Source of the DNA: a candidate division WWE3 bacterium GW2011_GWB1_41_6
GTDB lineage: Bacteria; Patescibacteriota; WWE3; UBA101185; UBA10185
Direction: 5' to 3'
Assembly (NCBI GenBank): GCA_000997355.1
Contig: LCBS01000001.1
Location: forward strand, 5,191 to 69,190
Length of the DNA stretch: 64,000 nucleotides
Below the pieces are notes generated by a model that saw only the letters and a program-made list of their open reading frames with translations, did no database searches and was not told where the DNA came from. This document shows positions 28,833 through 38,896 of this stretch, piece by piece. How positions within the stretch are numbered: position 1 is the stretch's first letter; every line of letters starts with the position of its first letter. The position numbers and the translations under genes were made by a program.

Positions 28833-29924
28833 ATGAACAAAAAAATATATATACTGCCGCCTTTACTTACTTTATTTTCCCTCGCTTTATTTATTCCAAA
28901 AGCCTCAGCAGACTTTATAATCACATCTCAAGGTGACGTTATTTATACATCCCAAGGTGAGGTACTCGGAAAAGACGATGCCAAGAACGTTAAACCGCAG
29001 GTAAGTCAAGGCAACAGCGCAGCTTCAACCGGAAAAGCTCCTAAGATTACTAAGATCGAAAGGAACGGAACGAAAGTTAAAATGACAATCCAGGATGAGG
29101 ATGGAATTGAACTTGAAGTAATGGAAAGTGAAGATAGTGCAAATATTACGATAGAGGAATCAAATAGAAAAAACGATGTTAAGGTTAAATCACTTGGTAA
29201 TTCTTACGCGATAATTCAAAATAAAACTGCTGTTCAAACCAGATTCCCTCTTTCAGTAGATCTTGAGACGAACGAACTCCTCGTGAACACACCTGCCGGT
29301 CAAAAGACCGTTTCAGTTATGCCCGATAAAGCTGTACAGAATATGCTCGCTGCCAATGTTCTGGACCAGGTCGGGGGCAAAGGCGGTTTATCCTGGGTTA
29401 ACCGTTTGATGGTTCAAACCCAAGAAACTTCTTCATCAAGCGAATCTCCGGAAATGACCAGATTGAGGTTAAGAACAAGGATAGAGGAAACCAGCGGTTC
29501 TATAATTCCATTTGGCGCAACACCTTTGAATATGGACCACTGCAAAAACTACGGATGGGTGACGTTTACGGCACCTGAGTTCAAGAACCAGGGACAGTGC
29601 GTAAGCTACGTAGTTACAGGTGGCAAGAACTGGGAGAATGCTGAACCCGAAGTAGAACTCGCCGATGCCGCTGAATCCAGCGAATCAAGTGAAACAAGTG
29701 TATCCGAAAATCTTGAACCATTAGCAAGTGAGGAATTCATCTCCTTAACAACAACTAAAAACGGCAAACTCGGTTATAAGATACCGGGAGTCAAATATGA
29801 AAAGTTCTTATGGGTCTATGAAGTACCGTTAGAAAGAAACGTTACGGTGTCAGCAGAGACCGGAGAACTCTTGGAAATGGAACAATCATTCACAACGAAC
29901 ATCGTAGATGCCCTGTCTTTTTAG
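28833..29924 (+). CDS. Exported protein; paralog of 18421..19272 with an inserted Cys-pair module
   Basis: Signal peptide (ASA), GEVLG, shared C-terminal domain, CKNYGW..FKNQGQCVSY insert. Confidence 0.7.
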   Translation: MNKKIYILPPLLTLFSLALFIPKASADFIITSQGDVIYTSQGEVLGKDDAKNVKPQVSQGNSAASTGKAPKITKIERNGTKVKMTIQDEDGIELEVMESEDSANITIEESNRKNDVKVKSLGNSYAIIQNKTAVQTRFPLSVDLETNELLVNTPAGQKTVSVMPDKAVQNMLAANVLDQVGGKGGLSWVNRLMVQTQETSSSSESPEMTRLRLRTRIEETSGSIIPFGATPLNMDHCKNYGWVTFTAPEFKNQGQCVSYVVTGGKNWENAEPEVELADAAESSESSETSVSENLEPLASEEFISLTTTKNGKLGYKIPGVKYEKFLWVYEVPLERNVTVSAETGELLEMEQSFTTNIVDALSF

Positions 29925-29968
29925 AAGTAATTGACGTGACAGAGTAATCATAAAGGAGGTGAGTACTT

Positions 29969-30694
29969 GTGAAAATGAAGTACTTAGATCAAAAAGGCTT
30001 TTCACCTATCCTAATGGTATTATTAGTGGGCCTTGTGTTCGCGTCTTCTATGGCTTTAACCAAAGTCATGAAAGATAACAGCAACCCCAGCGCTACAGCA
30101 GGATCAGGTGGTAAAGGAAACGGAGCGCCAAGCGGTCCTCACTTTAATCTTAATATTATCGGCGTCCCCAAAGCTAAAACAACCGACATGACCGGAGGCG
30201 GAAGAATATTTGTTCCTCTTCAGGGAAAGTGTCAAATCAACCTAACTGAAAGTGCTGATACCAGTATGTATGTTACTGACGCTAACTGTACCGACGGAAA
30301 AGGCGGATTCCAACTCCCCAACCCCGACCCCGAAAATGACGGGATTACCGAATATTCGGTTTGGGTAAGAGCCAGAGGTAAGCCGGGAGGCTCATCATCA
30401 ACTACCGCATGCGGAGAGTTATATGATGAAGTTACAATGACCACCTCAACATACTGCTCAGTTTATAAAACAGTGGCGGTAAGAGATAAGGGTAAGGGTA
30501 ATTTTGCCGATGTCAGCAGAGAACTGCTTTATGTTTATGTTGACCTGACCGGTCCGGAGGGAGTACCCGACGGAGTACCCGAAAGATATAATTTGTTCAG
30601 CGACGCTTTGCAGAACTATTTCTGGGATTATGATAACAACGGCTTAAAGCTGTTACAAATGAGATTCTATCAGGTTCCAAGCGTTGTAGAATAG
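29969..30694 (+). CDS. Exported protein with prepilin-like (class III) N-terminus
   Basis: QKG-FSPIL plus hydrophobic helix; AAAGGAGGTGA SD; terminator follows. Confidence 0.7.
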   Translation: MKMKYLDQKGFSPILMVLLVGLVFASSMALTKVMKDNSNPSATAGSGGKGNGAPSGPHFNLNIIGVPKAKTTDMTGGGRIFVPLQGKCQINLTESADTSMYVTDANCTDGKGGFQLPNPDPENDGITEYSVWVRARGKPGGSSSTTACGELYDEVTMTTSTYCSVYKTVAVRDKGKGNFADVSRELLYVYVDLTGPEGVPDGVPERYNLFSDALQNYFWDYDNNGLKLLQMRFYQVPSVVE

Positions 30695-30711
30695 GTCAAA
30701 GATATCGAGTT

Positions 30712-30743
30712 AAAAAAGACCGGGCGTAATGTCCGGTCTTTTT
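30712..30743 (+). terminator. Intrinsic terminator (possibly bidirectional)
   Basis: AAAAAGACCGG..CCGGTCTTTTT. Confidence 0.8.
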
Positions 30744-30845
30744 GGTTTTTAAATACCAAGCGTTTCAAAACAGTTGTTTACACATCTATTACGCATTCTT
30801 AATCATATACTAATAAAATGTGATAAGAATTGAATTACGTTAAAT

Positions 30846-31487
30846 ATGAACGGCGAAGATGAAAGAAGAATATTCGAAAACCGGTCAGCGGCCGGAAAGG
30901 AGCTGGCAGGAGAACTATACAAAAAACAATACAATGACCCGTATATTCTCGCACTCCCTCGCGGTGGAGTGCCTGTAGCGAGTGAAATTGCGTCTGTTCT
31001 AAAATCCCCAATCAACGTGATAATTTCCCGGAAAATTGGGGCTCCCGGTAATCCCGAATTTGCAGTTGGAGCGATTGCGGAGGGAGACGTTCTAATACTT
31101 AATAAGGAGGCAATACAACTTCACGGTTTTCCGGAAGACAAAATAAACGAGATCGCTGCCAAAGAGATTCAGGAAATGGAACGGCGTATATCTATGTACC
31201 GGAATAACGAATCCCTGCCAAGTCTTCGGAATCGAACTGTTGTTTTGGTTGATGACGGCGTGGCTACAGGCATTACCGCTCTAGCTGCTATAAAATCCAT
31301 CAGGAACTTTGGGGCGGATAAGATAATATTTGCAGCACCCGTATGTTCGTACGAATCATCCGAGCTGCTGAAAGAGCATGTGGATGACTTGATTTATCTT
31401 ATTAAACCTATGTATATGTTAGCGATCGGGCAGTATTATCAAAGCTTTGAACAAGTAACGGATGAGGTGGTGGTGGAACTTTTATGA
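30846..31487 (+). CDS. Phosphoribosyltransferase family protein
   Basis: ALPRGGVPVA, RKIGAP.NPE, VLVDDGVATG. Confidence 0.9.
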   Translation: MNGEDERRIFENRSAAGKELAGELYKKQYNDPYILALPRGGVPVASEIASVLKSPINVIISRKIGAPGNPEFAVGAIAEGDVLILNKEAIQLHGFPEDKINEIAAKEIQEMERRISMYRNNESLPSLRNRTVVLVDDGVATGITALAAIKSIRNFGADKIIFAAPVCSYESSELLKEHVDDLIYLIKPMYMLAIGQYYQSFEQVTDEVVVELL

Positions 31488-31532
31488 GAGACTAGGTGAG
31501 ATCAGCCGCACACCTGCAACCGAACCTTAGTA

Positions 31533-32873
31533 TTATTTACTTTTGTGTATGGGAAGGTTGAAATAAAAAGTGGATCCTTTGCCTTTGGCGCTTTCGACCC
31601 ACATTGTGCCCCCGTGGTTCTTAATAATTTCATGAGATACGTATAAACCTACGCCTAACCCTGAAAAACTATTCTCGACTTCTTTTACTCTGTAATACTT
31701 TTCAAATATCTTGTTGTGCATATTCTTGTCGATTCCGATCCCAAAATCTTTCACTGAAATGGTTACATAATCACTATCCTTTACAACATCGACAATAATA
31801 TCTTTTGATTTCGGGGAGTATTTGATGGCATTGGTTAGCATGTTGTTAAGAACCTGCTCTATCCTTTGTTTGTCCACCTTTACTTTTACATGGGGTGATG
31901 ACTTTTGTACAATCTTATGTTTTTCCGATGTGGGCTGAACCGAGTAAATACTGCTCTTGATAATACTATCAATATCAACAACTCCCATCTCATACTCTAC
32001 TATGCCTGACTGGATTTTAGAGATATCCAGTAAGTCTCCAATTAATCTGCTAAGTCTATTAGTGTATGTTAAAGCTTTATTTAAGTAAGCATCTCTTTTC
32101 TGTGCGGGTGCTTTTTTAAGCTCACGTTCTAATAGCTGCAAGTTTAATTTAAGACTTGTCAAAGGTGTTTTTAATTCATGGCTGGCTACACTAATAAACT
32201 CGTCTTTTCTTTCTTCTATCATCTTTCTTTCGGTTATATCGTTCCTTATAGCTATGAACTGGAAAGGCCTCCCCTTTTCATCCAGAAACGGCGTTATAGT
32301 AGTAGCAACCCAATAAAAGTTTCCTTCTTTATCTTTGTTCTTTAGTTCCCCATGCCAAACTTTCCCCGATAAGATCGTGTCCCAAAGGTCTTTCATAAAT
32401 ACTTTGGAATGGTATTTGGAATTTATCACCCGGTGCGTCTTACCTATCAACTCCTCACGGGAATACTTGGATATTTCAGTAAACTTTTGATTGACGTGAA
32501 GAATGATACCATCCTTATCCGTAACAGCGACTATTGAGGACTGATCAACGGCATACTTTATATCTGATAATTCTTTAACTATTTGTTCGTAGGTTTTCTT
32601 TGTGCTTGCCCAGTTGTATGGTACATCTTTGTGGTTATGGATAAATTCTTCGGGATCCAAGGGATTTTTGATAACCGTATTCAGATCATTTTCAGTAAAC
32701 TTCCAGACACCCCGGTGTCCTATTTTTATTCCGGGTAAGTATCCTCCCTGCGCCCATCTGCGGACAGTACTGGTACTAACCCCCAGATATTCAGAGGCAG
32801 CTTTTACTCCCATTTTTCTGCTTGTCAGGTTCTCCATTTTATTAGGCATAATAGTCAAATCTACGACCGTCAA
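31533..32873 (-). CDS. Soluble histidine kinase with N-terminal excisionase/MerR-like HTH and a PAS domain
   Basis: AASEYLGVSTSTVRRW; PAS/PAC; SHELKTP; NAIKY; DFGIG; GLGVGL; start may be slightly later. Confidence 0.9.
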   Translation of the reverse strand: MTVVDLTIMPNKMENLTSRKMGVKAASEYLGVSTSTVRRWAQGGYLPGIKIGHRGVWKFTENDLNTVIKNPLDPEEFIHNHKDVPYNWASTKKTYEQIVKELSDIKYAVDQSSIVAVTDKDGIILHVNQKFTEISKYSREELIGKTHRVINSKYHSKVFMKDLWDTILSGKVWHGELKNKDKEGNFYWVATTITPFLDEKGRPFQFIAIRNDITERKMIEERKDEFISVASHELKTPLTSLKLNLQLLERELKKAPAQKRDAYLNKALTYTNRLSRLIGDLLDISKIQSGIVEYEMGVVDIDSIIKSSIYSVQPTSEKHKIVQKSSPHVKVKVDKQRIEQVLNNMLTNAIKYSPKSKDIIVDVVKDSDYVTISVKDFGIGIDKNMHNKIFEKYYRVKEVENSFSGLGVGLYVSHEIIKNHGGTMWVESAKGKGSTFYFNLPIHKSK

Positions 32874-32979
32874 TATTTATATCATACGAAAGTCTCTTAT
32901 CAAAATAAAACAATACGCATTACTTCTAATGGTCGTCTATTGGGGGAAAGTGATTTTCTATTTTAAGGCTCCGGATACG

Positions 32980-34368
32980 TTAGAGGACTGTGATGATAGC
33001 GGGATCTACCATACCCATCGAACATGTGATCTTATATGTTCCGGCTTTAGGCGTAAATTTAAAAGTATTCATTCCGGGTTTTAATGTAACAATACCGGGA
33101 TATAAACCGCGAGCGGAAACTGATTGGCCGCATCCGTAGACTCCACTGTTATAAAACTCCCACACAACCGGTACCCCTGCTTTTAATGTTGCTTTCTTTG
33201 GATAATATTCAAATCCGGCAGCTTCCATTTGCAGGTATTGTATATCATTAGCGGCAATCTGCTTCGATCCGAGAACTTTTTTGTCTACCGATCTTGCCAA
33301 GCTCAAGGGCCTAATCTTAATGTCACTAAGACTTTTAAAACCAAGTAAGTTCAGTTGGGAATTAAGTGTATACAACGCAAAGAATGCTACCAACACACCC
33401 GAAAACAGACTAAACCGTGCCGATGCCTTGGAATTGTTCAATAACTTAACACTCGAAAAACTTATAAGTGCAAGCACCGGCAATGTTCCAAGTACGAACG
33501 CAAGTAACATGATACTGCTGGTAACAAAACTGCCGGAGGCCAAAGCCGAAGTCTGGGCCATTAAAGTAAATCCGCAGGGAAGAAAGAAAGTCAAAGCACC
33601 AACTGTAAAGGGCATATACTTACCTTTGAACTTTGTTTCGTCGGCTACATAATTCGTGAGACTTTTCGGCATACGAAGACGTATCTTCTGAGCCCACCCA
33701 ACACCGATCATTTGCAACCCAAGGGTAAACATTATCAATGAGATGAATATTGCCAGAGCTGCCGTTGATACTTGTGAAAATCTAAAAAAGCTTCCCACAA
33801 CACCGAGTAAACCGCCAAAAACCAAAAACGATAAAATTCTGCCCAGGTTAAACAGTATGAATGGTGTAAAGCTTTTTTTACTGTTACCTCCGTAGATTTC
33901 ATTCCACTGTTTTGATAAAGACAAAAGTAGTCCGCCTACTAAAGCCGCACAGCTCGAAAAACCGGCAGCCAGTCCGAATACAAAAAATGTTGCGTACGAA
34001 GAGGTTTCATTTACCGACATTCTCAGAAATAGCCCTGATCTTTGTATATATAAGAAACTGATAATAAACAGGATAGTAAAAACCGTTATTTTGGCGAAAT
34101 CCTTTGTGTTTAAAGTCTTTTGCGTTATGGGATTTGCCGAGAATGTATAACCGGCATCTTTAAAAGTCTTATTCAAGTGATCTAAACCGGGCACACTCTT
34201 ACTATCTTCCGCCAATATTTCAACTTTACCCGAACCAACCTTGGCACGCACGTCACAAACACCTTTATGTGACGCAACTTCTTTTTCAACAAGAGTCTCG
34301 CAGGAACTGCAGTGCATTCCTTTTATGTAATATGTTCTCTTAAATTTTCCTTGCGAAACGTTTTTCAT
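32980..34368 (-). CDS. HMA + DsbD/TauE-like membrane domain + cupredoxin-like domain protein
   Basis: GMHCSSC, SSCAALVGG, FNLGR, LPCGFT, C-terminal CSMGM. Confidence 0.85.
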   Translation of the reverse strand: MKNVSQGKFKRTYYIKGMHCSSCETLVEKEVASHKGVCDVRAKVGSGKVEILAEDSKSVPGLDHLNKTFKDAGYTFSANPITQKTLNTKDFAKITVFTILFIISFLYIQRSGLFLRMSVNETSSYATFFVFGLAAGFSSCAALVGGLLLSLSKQWNEIYGGNSKKSFTPFILFNLGRILSFLVFGGLLGVVGSFFRFSQVSTAALAIFISLIMFTLGLQMIGVGWAQKIRLRMPKSLTNYVADETKFKGKYMPFTVGALTFFLPCGFTLMAQTSALASGSFVTSSIMLLAFVLGTLPVLALISFSSVKLLNNSKASARFSLFSGVLVAFFALYTLNSQLNLLGFKSLSDIKIRPLSLARSVDKKVLGSKQIAANDIQYLQMEAAGFEYYPKKATLKAGVPVVWEFYNSGVYGCGQSVSARGLYPGIVTLKPGMNTFKFTPKAGTYKITCSMGMVDPAIITVL

Positions 34369-34430
34369 ATTTAGTTTCGGTTAATTAAAAGCATACCATA
34401 TCGAAAACCATTGTATCAGTTTACTACCGC

Positions 34431-34459
34431 TTGACATTACCTATACCCCGTATTAGTAT
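34431..34459 (+). promoter_or_regulatory. Sigma70 promoter overlapped by a CsoR-type operator
   Basis: TTGACA-17-TAGTAT; ATAC-CCCG-TATTA-GTAT pseudo-palindrome with C-tract over spacer and -10; ATG follows about 7 nt later (near-leaderless). Confidence 0.65.
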
Positions 34460-34466
34460 TGCATTT

Positions 34467-34733
34467 ATGGATATCGATAGAACATCAATTTCACATAGAC
34501 TTAAAATAGTTGCCGGACAAATAAACGGTTTGGCTAAGATGATTGAGGAGGATAAGTATTGTATTGATATACTTAATCAATCTCTTGCTGTACAAAAAGC
34601 GTTAAAAGAAGTTGATAAAAAAATCCTGGAAAATCACCTGGACACGTGTGTGGTCGACCAAATGAAAAACGGCGAGGAGGCAAAAGCCCGGGGAGAGTTG
34701 CTAAAGATATTTTCCTTAACCAATAAAAATTAA
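34467..34733 (+). CDS. csoR: CsoR/RcnR family metal-sensing repressor
   Basis: RLK...GQ..GL.KM, YCID, HLDTCV (C-H-C fingerprint). Confidence 0.9.
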   Translation: MDIDRTSISHRLKIVAGQINGLAKMIEEDKYCIDILNQSLAVQKALKEVDKKILENHLDTCVVDQMKNGEEAKARGELLKIFSLTNKN

Positions 34734-35327
34734 ATGAACGAAAAGAAAGCCCTATACATAATAATTGCCTTACTTTTGATTACAAACGTCATTGTGTTGT
34801 TCTCTTCTTTAGGAAGGAACTTTTCGTACTTCCCGGTGATGGGAACGGGCATGTTGGGTAGATACTTTTACAGCAGTAATAACAACCAATCAGACAGTGA
34901 CTGGAAAAGCCATATGAATGATTTTGACACTTGGGATCAATTGGTACGTCATATGCAGGAGGAGCACTCGGATATATACCACAGAAGTATAAACACTAGT
35001 GTCCCGGCTGTAGAAACCCATAAAAGTACTCATGACTTTGGAAAGGTAAGTAAAAGCAATGGAACTGTCAGCACCGTCTTTGTTTTGGAAAATCATGGTA
35101 AGACTCCGTTGGAATTTTCCAATCTATCTACATCGTGCGGATGTACCACGGCTGAACTTAGCAATTCAATCGTTAATTCTGATGAAACTACTAACCTGAC
35201 TGTGACTTTTGACCCTAATTTCCACGACGAACCGGTCGGACGTTTCAAACGGTCGGTGTTTGTAAAAACCAACGATCCGGCAGTCTCTGAAATGCACTTT
35301 GATATTTTTATAGAAATCATTGATTAA
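34734..35327 (+). CDS. DUF1573-like Ig-fold protein with His/Met-rich linker
   Basis: HDFG, TSCGCT, FDP, TNDP. Confidence 0.75.
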   Translation: MNEKKALYIIIALLLITNVIVLFSSLGRNFSYFPVMGTGMLGRYFYSSNNNQSDSDWKSHMNDFDTWDQLVRHMQEEHSDIYHRSINTSVPAVETHKSTHDFGKVSKSNGTVSTVFVLENHGKTPLEFSNLSTSCGCTTAELSNSIVNSDETTNLTVTFDPNFHDEPVGRFKRSVFVKTNDPAVSEMHFDIFIEIID

Positions 35328-35343
35328 ATGAAAGGTTTTAAAA

Positions 35344-35838
35344 ATGAATAATAAGTTCGTTATTTTTATTTCTATAGTTTCCGTTCTAATACTTGGGATA
35401 GGAATTGTCGCTGCAACCAGCAAAACTCCTCCTCAGTTGGAGCAAACCGATGGGGCAAAACTGGAATTCGTTGGAGATAAGACATTTGACTGGGGAATCA
35501 TAGACATAAACGGAGGTATTGTAGAAAAAATATTCACAATTAGAAACGCGGGTGAAACCGATCTACTAATGACGAACGTAAAAACCTCATGTATGTGCAC
35601 GGAAGCACAGGTAATAATTAACGGTGAAGCAAGTCCCGCGTTCCAAATGCACGCGCAGTCGTCATGGAAAGGCACTGTCAAACCGGGCGAAGAAGCACAG
35701 ATCAGAGTAGTATTTGATCCTCTTTTCCATGGACCTACCGGTACGGGACCGATAACGAGGTTAATAGGATTTGATACGAACGATAGAAATAATGCTACGG
35801 GAGAATTAACAGTAACAGCTGTCGTAGCTAAAAAATAA
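35344..35838 (+). CDS. DUF1573-like Ig-fold protein
   Basis: FDWG, TSCMCT, MH, FDPLFHGP, TND. Confidence 0.75.
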   Translation: MNNKFVIFISIVSVLILGIGIVAATSKTPPQLEQTDGAKLEFVGDKTFDWGIIDINGGIVEKIFTIRNAGETDLLMTNVKTSCMCTEAQVIINGEASPAFQMHAQSSWKGTVKPGEEAQIRVVFDPLFHGPTGTGPITRLIGFDTNDRNNATGELTVTAVVAKK

Positions 35839-35842
35839 TTAT

Positions 35843-36829
35843 TTGAAAGAAATTAAAAAAATGGCCGCTCCAAAAATACTAGAAAAACTTTTAGGTGGGA
35901 TTGTTAGGATACACAAAATATCGGTTCCCCTGACGTTGACACTGATATTTACTTTTAACACTACATTGGGCGCGGTATTGATCCAGAACTACTATTATAA
36001 GTTCAAAATTAGAGAGTTAATTGCCTACAAAGAGGCGTTGGATGGGCAGGGTGAGAACTCTCCTGAAAAGATCGCGGAAAGGCTAGCGGGAGACGTGATC
36101 CCTTATGAAGGTGTTGATACCGGAATAAAGTGGGGAGATCTTGGAAAGCGGCTCGTGCAGATAGGCGCAATAGATGAAGAAAAGTTCGCTAAGGCCTTCA
36201 ATTCACCTCTTGATAGTAAAGAGTATCAGAGTGTTTTGAACGGTACGAACGAAGGAACGATCATCATAAATGAAAGTAATTCCCGGTTCGTGCTGGACGT
36301 TCTTTGGGCTTTTGGATTAGCACAAAAGAGCGTAGTTTATAACGAGGGCTACATGGCCGAAAAGGCAGACGAGGTAAAAAATCTCGCCAGTACAGGAGGC
36401 TGGACGTTGGGGACAAAAAAACCAATGGAGATCTACAATAAACACGACCTTATTAGCCTAACCGACGAACAGCACAGCGTGGTCAGAAGAATAGCATCCA
36501 ATATTTACAGACCGTGCTGCAATAACCATACCGCCTTCCCGGACTGCAACCACGGCATGGCTCTTCTTGGCTTAATAGAATTAATGGTCGCCAACGGATA
36601 CTCAGAAGAGAAAATCTACGACTTGTCGCTAAAAGTGAACGCATATTGGTTCCCAAACCAATACCTGACTATTGCCCATTATCTTGAAACAAAGCAGAAT
36701 ATAAAGTGGAAGGATGCTGATCCCAAGATGGTTCTTAACAAATCATATTCAAGCGGATCCGGCTTCAAAAACATTCAGGCACAGGTTGAAGGTTTGCCCG
36801 CACAAGGCGGAGGAAGCTGTGGAGCATAA
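35843..36829 (+). CDS. Exported Cys/His-motif protein of the copper island
   Basis: TM; YRPCCNNH..FPDCNHGMA; C-terminal GGSCGA. Confidence 0.7.
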   Translation: MKEIKKMAAPKILEKLLGGIVRIHKISVPLTLTLIFTFNTTLGAVLIQNYYYKFKIRELIAYKEALDGQGENSPEKIAERLAGDVIPYEGVDTGIKWGDLGKRLVQIGAIDEEKFAKAFNSPLDSKEYQSVLNGTNEGTIIINESNSRFVLDVLWAFGLAQKSVVYNEGYMAEKADEVKNLASTGGWTLGTKKPMEIYNKHDLISLTDEQHSVVRRIASNIYRPCCNNHTAFPDCNHGMALLGLIELMVANGYSEEKIYDLSLKVNAYWFPNQYLTIAHYLETKQNIKWKDADPKMVLNKSYSSGSGFKNIQAQVEGLPAQGGGSCGA

Positions 36830-36844
36830 GCCGCGTATAACAAT

Positions 36845-37696
36845 ATGAACGAAGCAATACTTTTTCAAACATCAATAATTGCCGCTTTCCTTGCCGGGAT
36901 GGTCGCACTATTCGCACCATGCTGTGTGTCGTATCTCTTGCCCGCTTATCTTGGATCGGTCTTTAAGGAACGGAAAAGAGTCCTGTTCATGACACTTGTG
37001 TACTCGCTTGGAATCTTTATTGTAATGATCCCGGCAGTGCTGGGAGCAAAGATCATATCTACTATGGTTTTCAGGTATCACTCCCCTATCTATGTTATAG
37101 GCGGTATCGTGATGATAATCGTGGGAATAGTATCTTTGCTTGGGCTCAAGTTACCGATGATAAACCTGAATAAAGAGGGTAAGCAGGGTACGGATGTGGC
37201 CTCGGTTTTCACTCTGGGTGTATTTTCAGGGATCACCAGTTCATGCTGTGCTCCGGTTTTGGCAGGGGTATTGACATTGAGTTTTTTGTCTCCTTCAATA
37301 TGGCAGGCTTTGCTTATCGGGTTCGTCTATGTGCTTGGCATGGTCACCCCTCTGTACATAGGTTCATACTTCCTCGACTCAAAGAAAGTCCTGGGTATGA
37401 CCTTCTTCAAAAAGAAGGTAACTGATCTGAAGATATTGTCTAAAAGTTTTCATATAGTCATGGGTAACCTAATATCATTCTTCATATTCACTATTACGGG
37501 AATCCTAATTATTTACCTGACATTGGCTACGGATTTTTCCATGGCCGAAATGGCAGGAGGTTTTTCCGGTGGTATAAACAATTTCGCCTTGATATTAAAT
37601 AGAATACCCTACGCCGAATACATTTTCGGGGGTTTGATACTTCTATTTGCAGGGCTGATACTTAAGCATGCACTTTCAACAAAAGATGAAAGTTGA
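36845..37696 (+). CDS. CcdA/DsbD-type thiol-disulfide membrane protein
   Basis: APCC..LLPAY and SSCCAPVL; TM helices. Confidence 0.85.
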   Translation: MNEAILFQTSIIAAFLAGMVALFAPCCVSYLLPAYLGSVFKERKRVLFMTLVYSLGIFIVMIPAVLGAKIISTMVFRYHSPIYVIGGIVMIIVGIVSLLGLKLPMINLNKEGKQGTDVASVFTLGVFSGITSSCCAPVLAGVLTLSFLSPSIWQALLIGFVYVLGMVTPLYIGSYFLDSKKVLGMTFFKKKVTDLKILSKSFHIVMGNLISFFIFTITGILIIYLTLATDFSMAEMAGGFSGGINNFALILNRIPYAEYIFGGLILLFAGLILKHALSTKDES

Positions 37697-38126
37697 ATAC
37701 TTAACGACGATCCCATATTTCATCATCGGGAGTTCCTCACTGCTACTGCTGTACATAGGAGTAATGAGGTTAAGTACGGGAAGTATGTCCGTGACGGTGA
37801 GTCAATTCAACTACTACTTGCCCTGGATCGTTGCGTTATCGGGAGGGTTTGGGCTGCAAGCCGCACTTTATAAATTAACAAAGATAATGCAAAAGGGCAT
37901 AGCGGACGCCGGTAAAATTGCAAAAACAACAGGCGTCACAAGTTCGGTAACAATGATAGCTTGCTGTGTACATCACGCGGCAGATGTTATACCTATTTTG
38001 GGTCTATCTGCAGCGGCGGCGTTTCTGGGTGTGTATACTAAGGAACTTTTTGCTGTTGGAATATTATTCAATATATTTGGTATTGTTTATATGCTAAAAA
38101 ATTTACGGGGGTTAAAAAATGCGTAA
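37686..38126 (+). CDS. Membrane protein with ACCVHH motif
   Basis: Hydrophobic, about 4 TM; MIACCVHH. Confidence 0.7.
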   Translation: MKVEYLTTIPYFIIGSSSLLLLYIGVMRLSTGSMSVTVSQFNYYLPWIVALSGGFGLQAALYKLTKIMQKGIADAGKIAKTTGVTSSVTMIACCVHHAADVIPILGLSAAAAFLGVYTKELFAVGILFNIFGIVYMLKNLRGLKNA

Positions 38127-38538
38127 AATAGAACTTTTAACAGGAATTATATCTTTGCTGTTACTGGCTATTCTGGTGATAGTGCTGATAGATCCCTTCT
38201 CCGGTTCGACGGATACGGAAGGGGCAAAAGGTGTCTTCGAAACGCAAACCGTAAGTATGGGTGACATACAGATAGAGATCACCCCCAAAAGTCTTTCGGA
38301 CTACCGTGTGACTTTCAATACACATGTTGTTGAACTTGATTATGACTTTATGGAATTGTTCACACTGACTGATGATAAAGGAAACGAAATGAAACCAATC
38401 AAATGGACCGGAGGGCGTGGTGGCCATCACTTATCGGGAATACTTCTATTCAATGTATTGCGCGATGATACAAAAAACGTAATTTTAAAATTAGGTAAAA
38501 TAGAAGATAATGAACGAAGTTTTAAATGGGAGAAGTAA
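38119..38538 (+). CDS. Membrane-anchored His-motif protein
   Basis: N-terminal TM; NTHVVEL and GGHHLSG. Confidence 0.7.
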   Translation: MRKIELLTGIISLLLLAILVIVLIDPFSGSTDTEGAKGVFETQTVSMGDIQIEITPKSLSDYRVTFNTHVVELDYDFMELFTLTDDKGNEMKPIKWTGGRGGHHLSGILLFNVLRDDTKNVILKLGKIEDNERSFKWEK

Positions 38539-38541
38539 TAT

Positions 38542-38892
38542 ATGATCGTTAATGTAATTGTAATTATTTTAATAATCGGGACTTATGTGTTCTTTTTTAT
38601 GAAAAAGGAGAGTAAGGCCGTTGCTGTGGGAAATCAGGTTGAAATAATGGTTTCTGGAGGTTATAAACCTGATGTGATCAGGGTAAAAAAAGGAAGTCCG
38701 GTCACATTGAAGTTCAACCGCAAAGATCCTTCCTCTTGCCTTGAAGAACTTGTCATACCGGATTTCGGCAAGAACATAAAATTGGCACTTGGAGAAATAA
38801 CAAGTGTTGAGATTACACCTAGTGAGCCGGGCGAATTTCAGTTCCACTGTGGTATGAATATGTACCACGGCCGGATTTTAGTGGAGAATTAA
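38542..38892 (+). CDS. Cupredoxin-domain protein (CupA-like)
   Basis: [22 protein letters not shown]. Confidence 0.88.
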   Translation: MIVNVIVIILIIGTYVFFFMKKESKAVAVGNQVEIMVSGGYKPDVIRVKKGSPVTLKFNRKDPSSCLEELVIPDFGKNIKLALGEITSVEITPSEPGEFQFHCGMNMYHGRILVEN

Positions 38893-38896
38893 TAAT

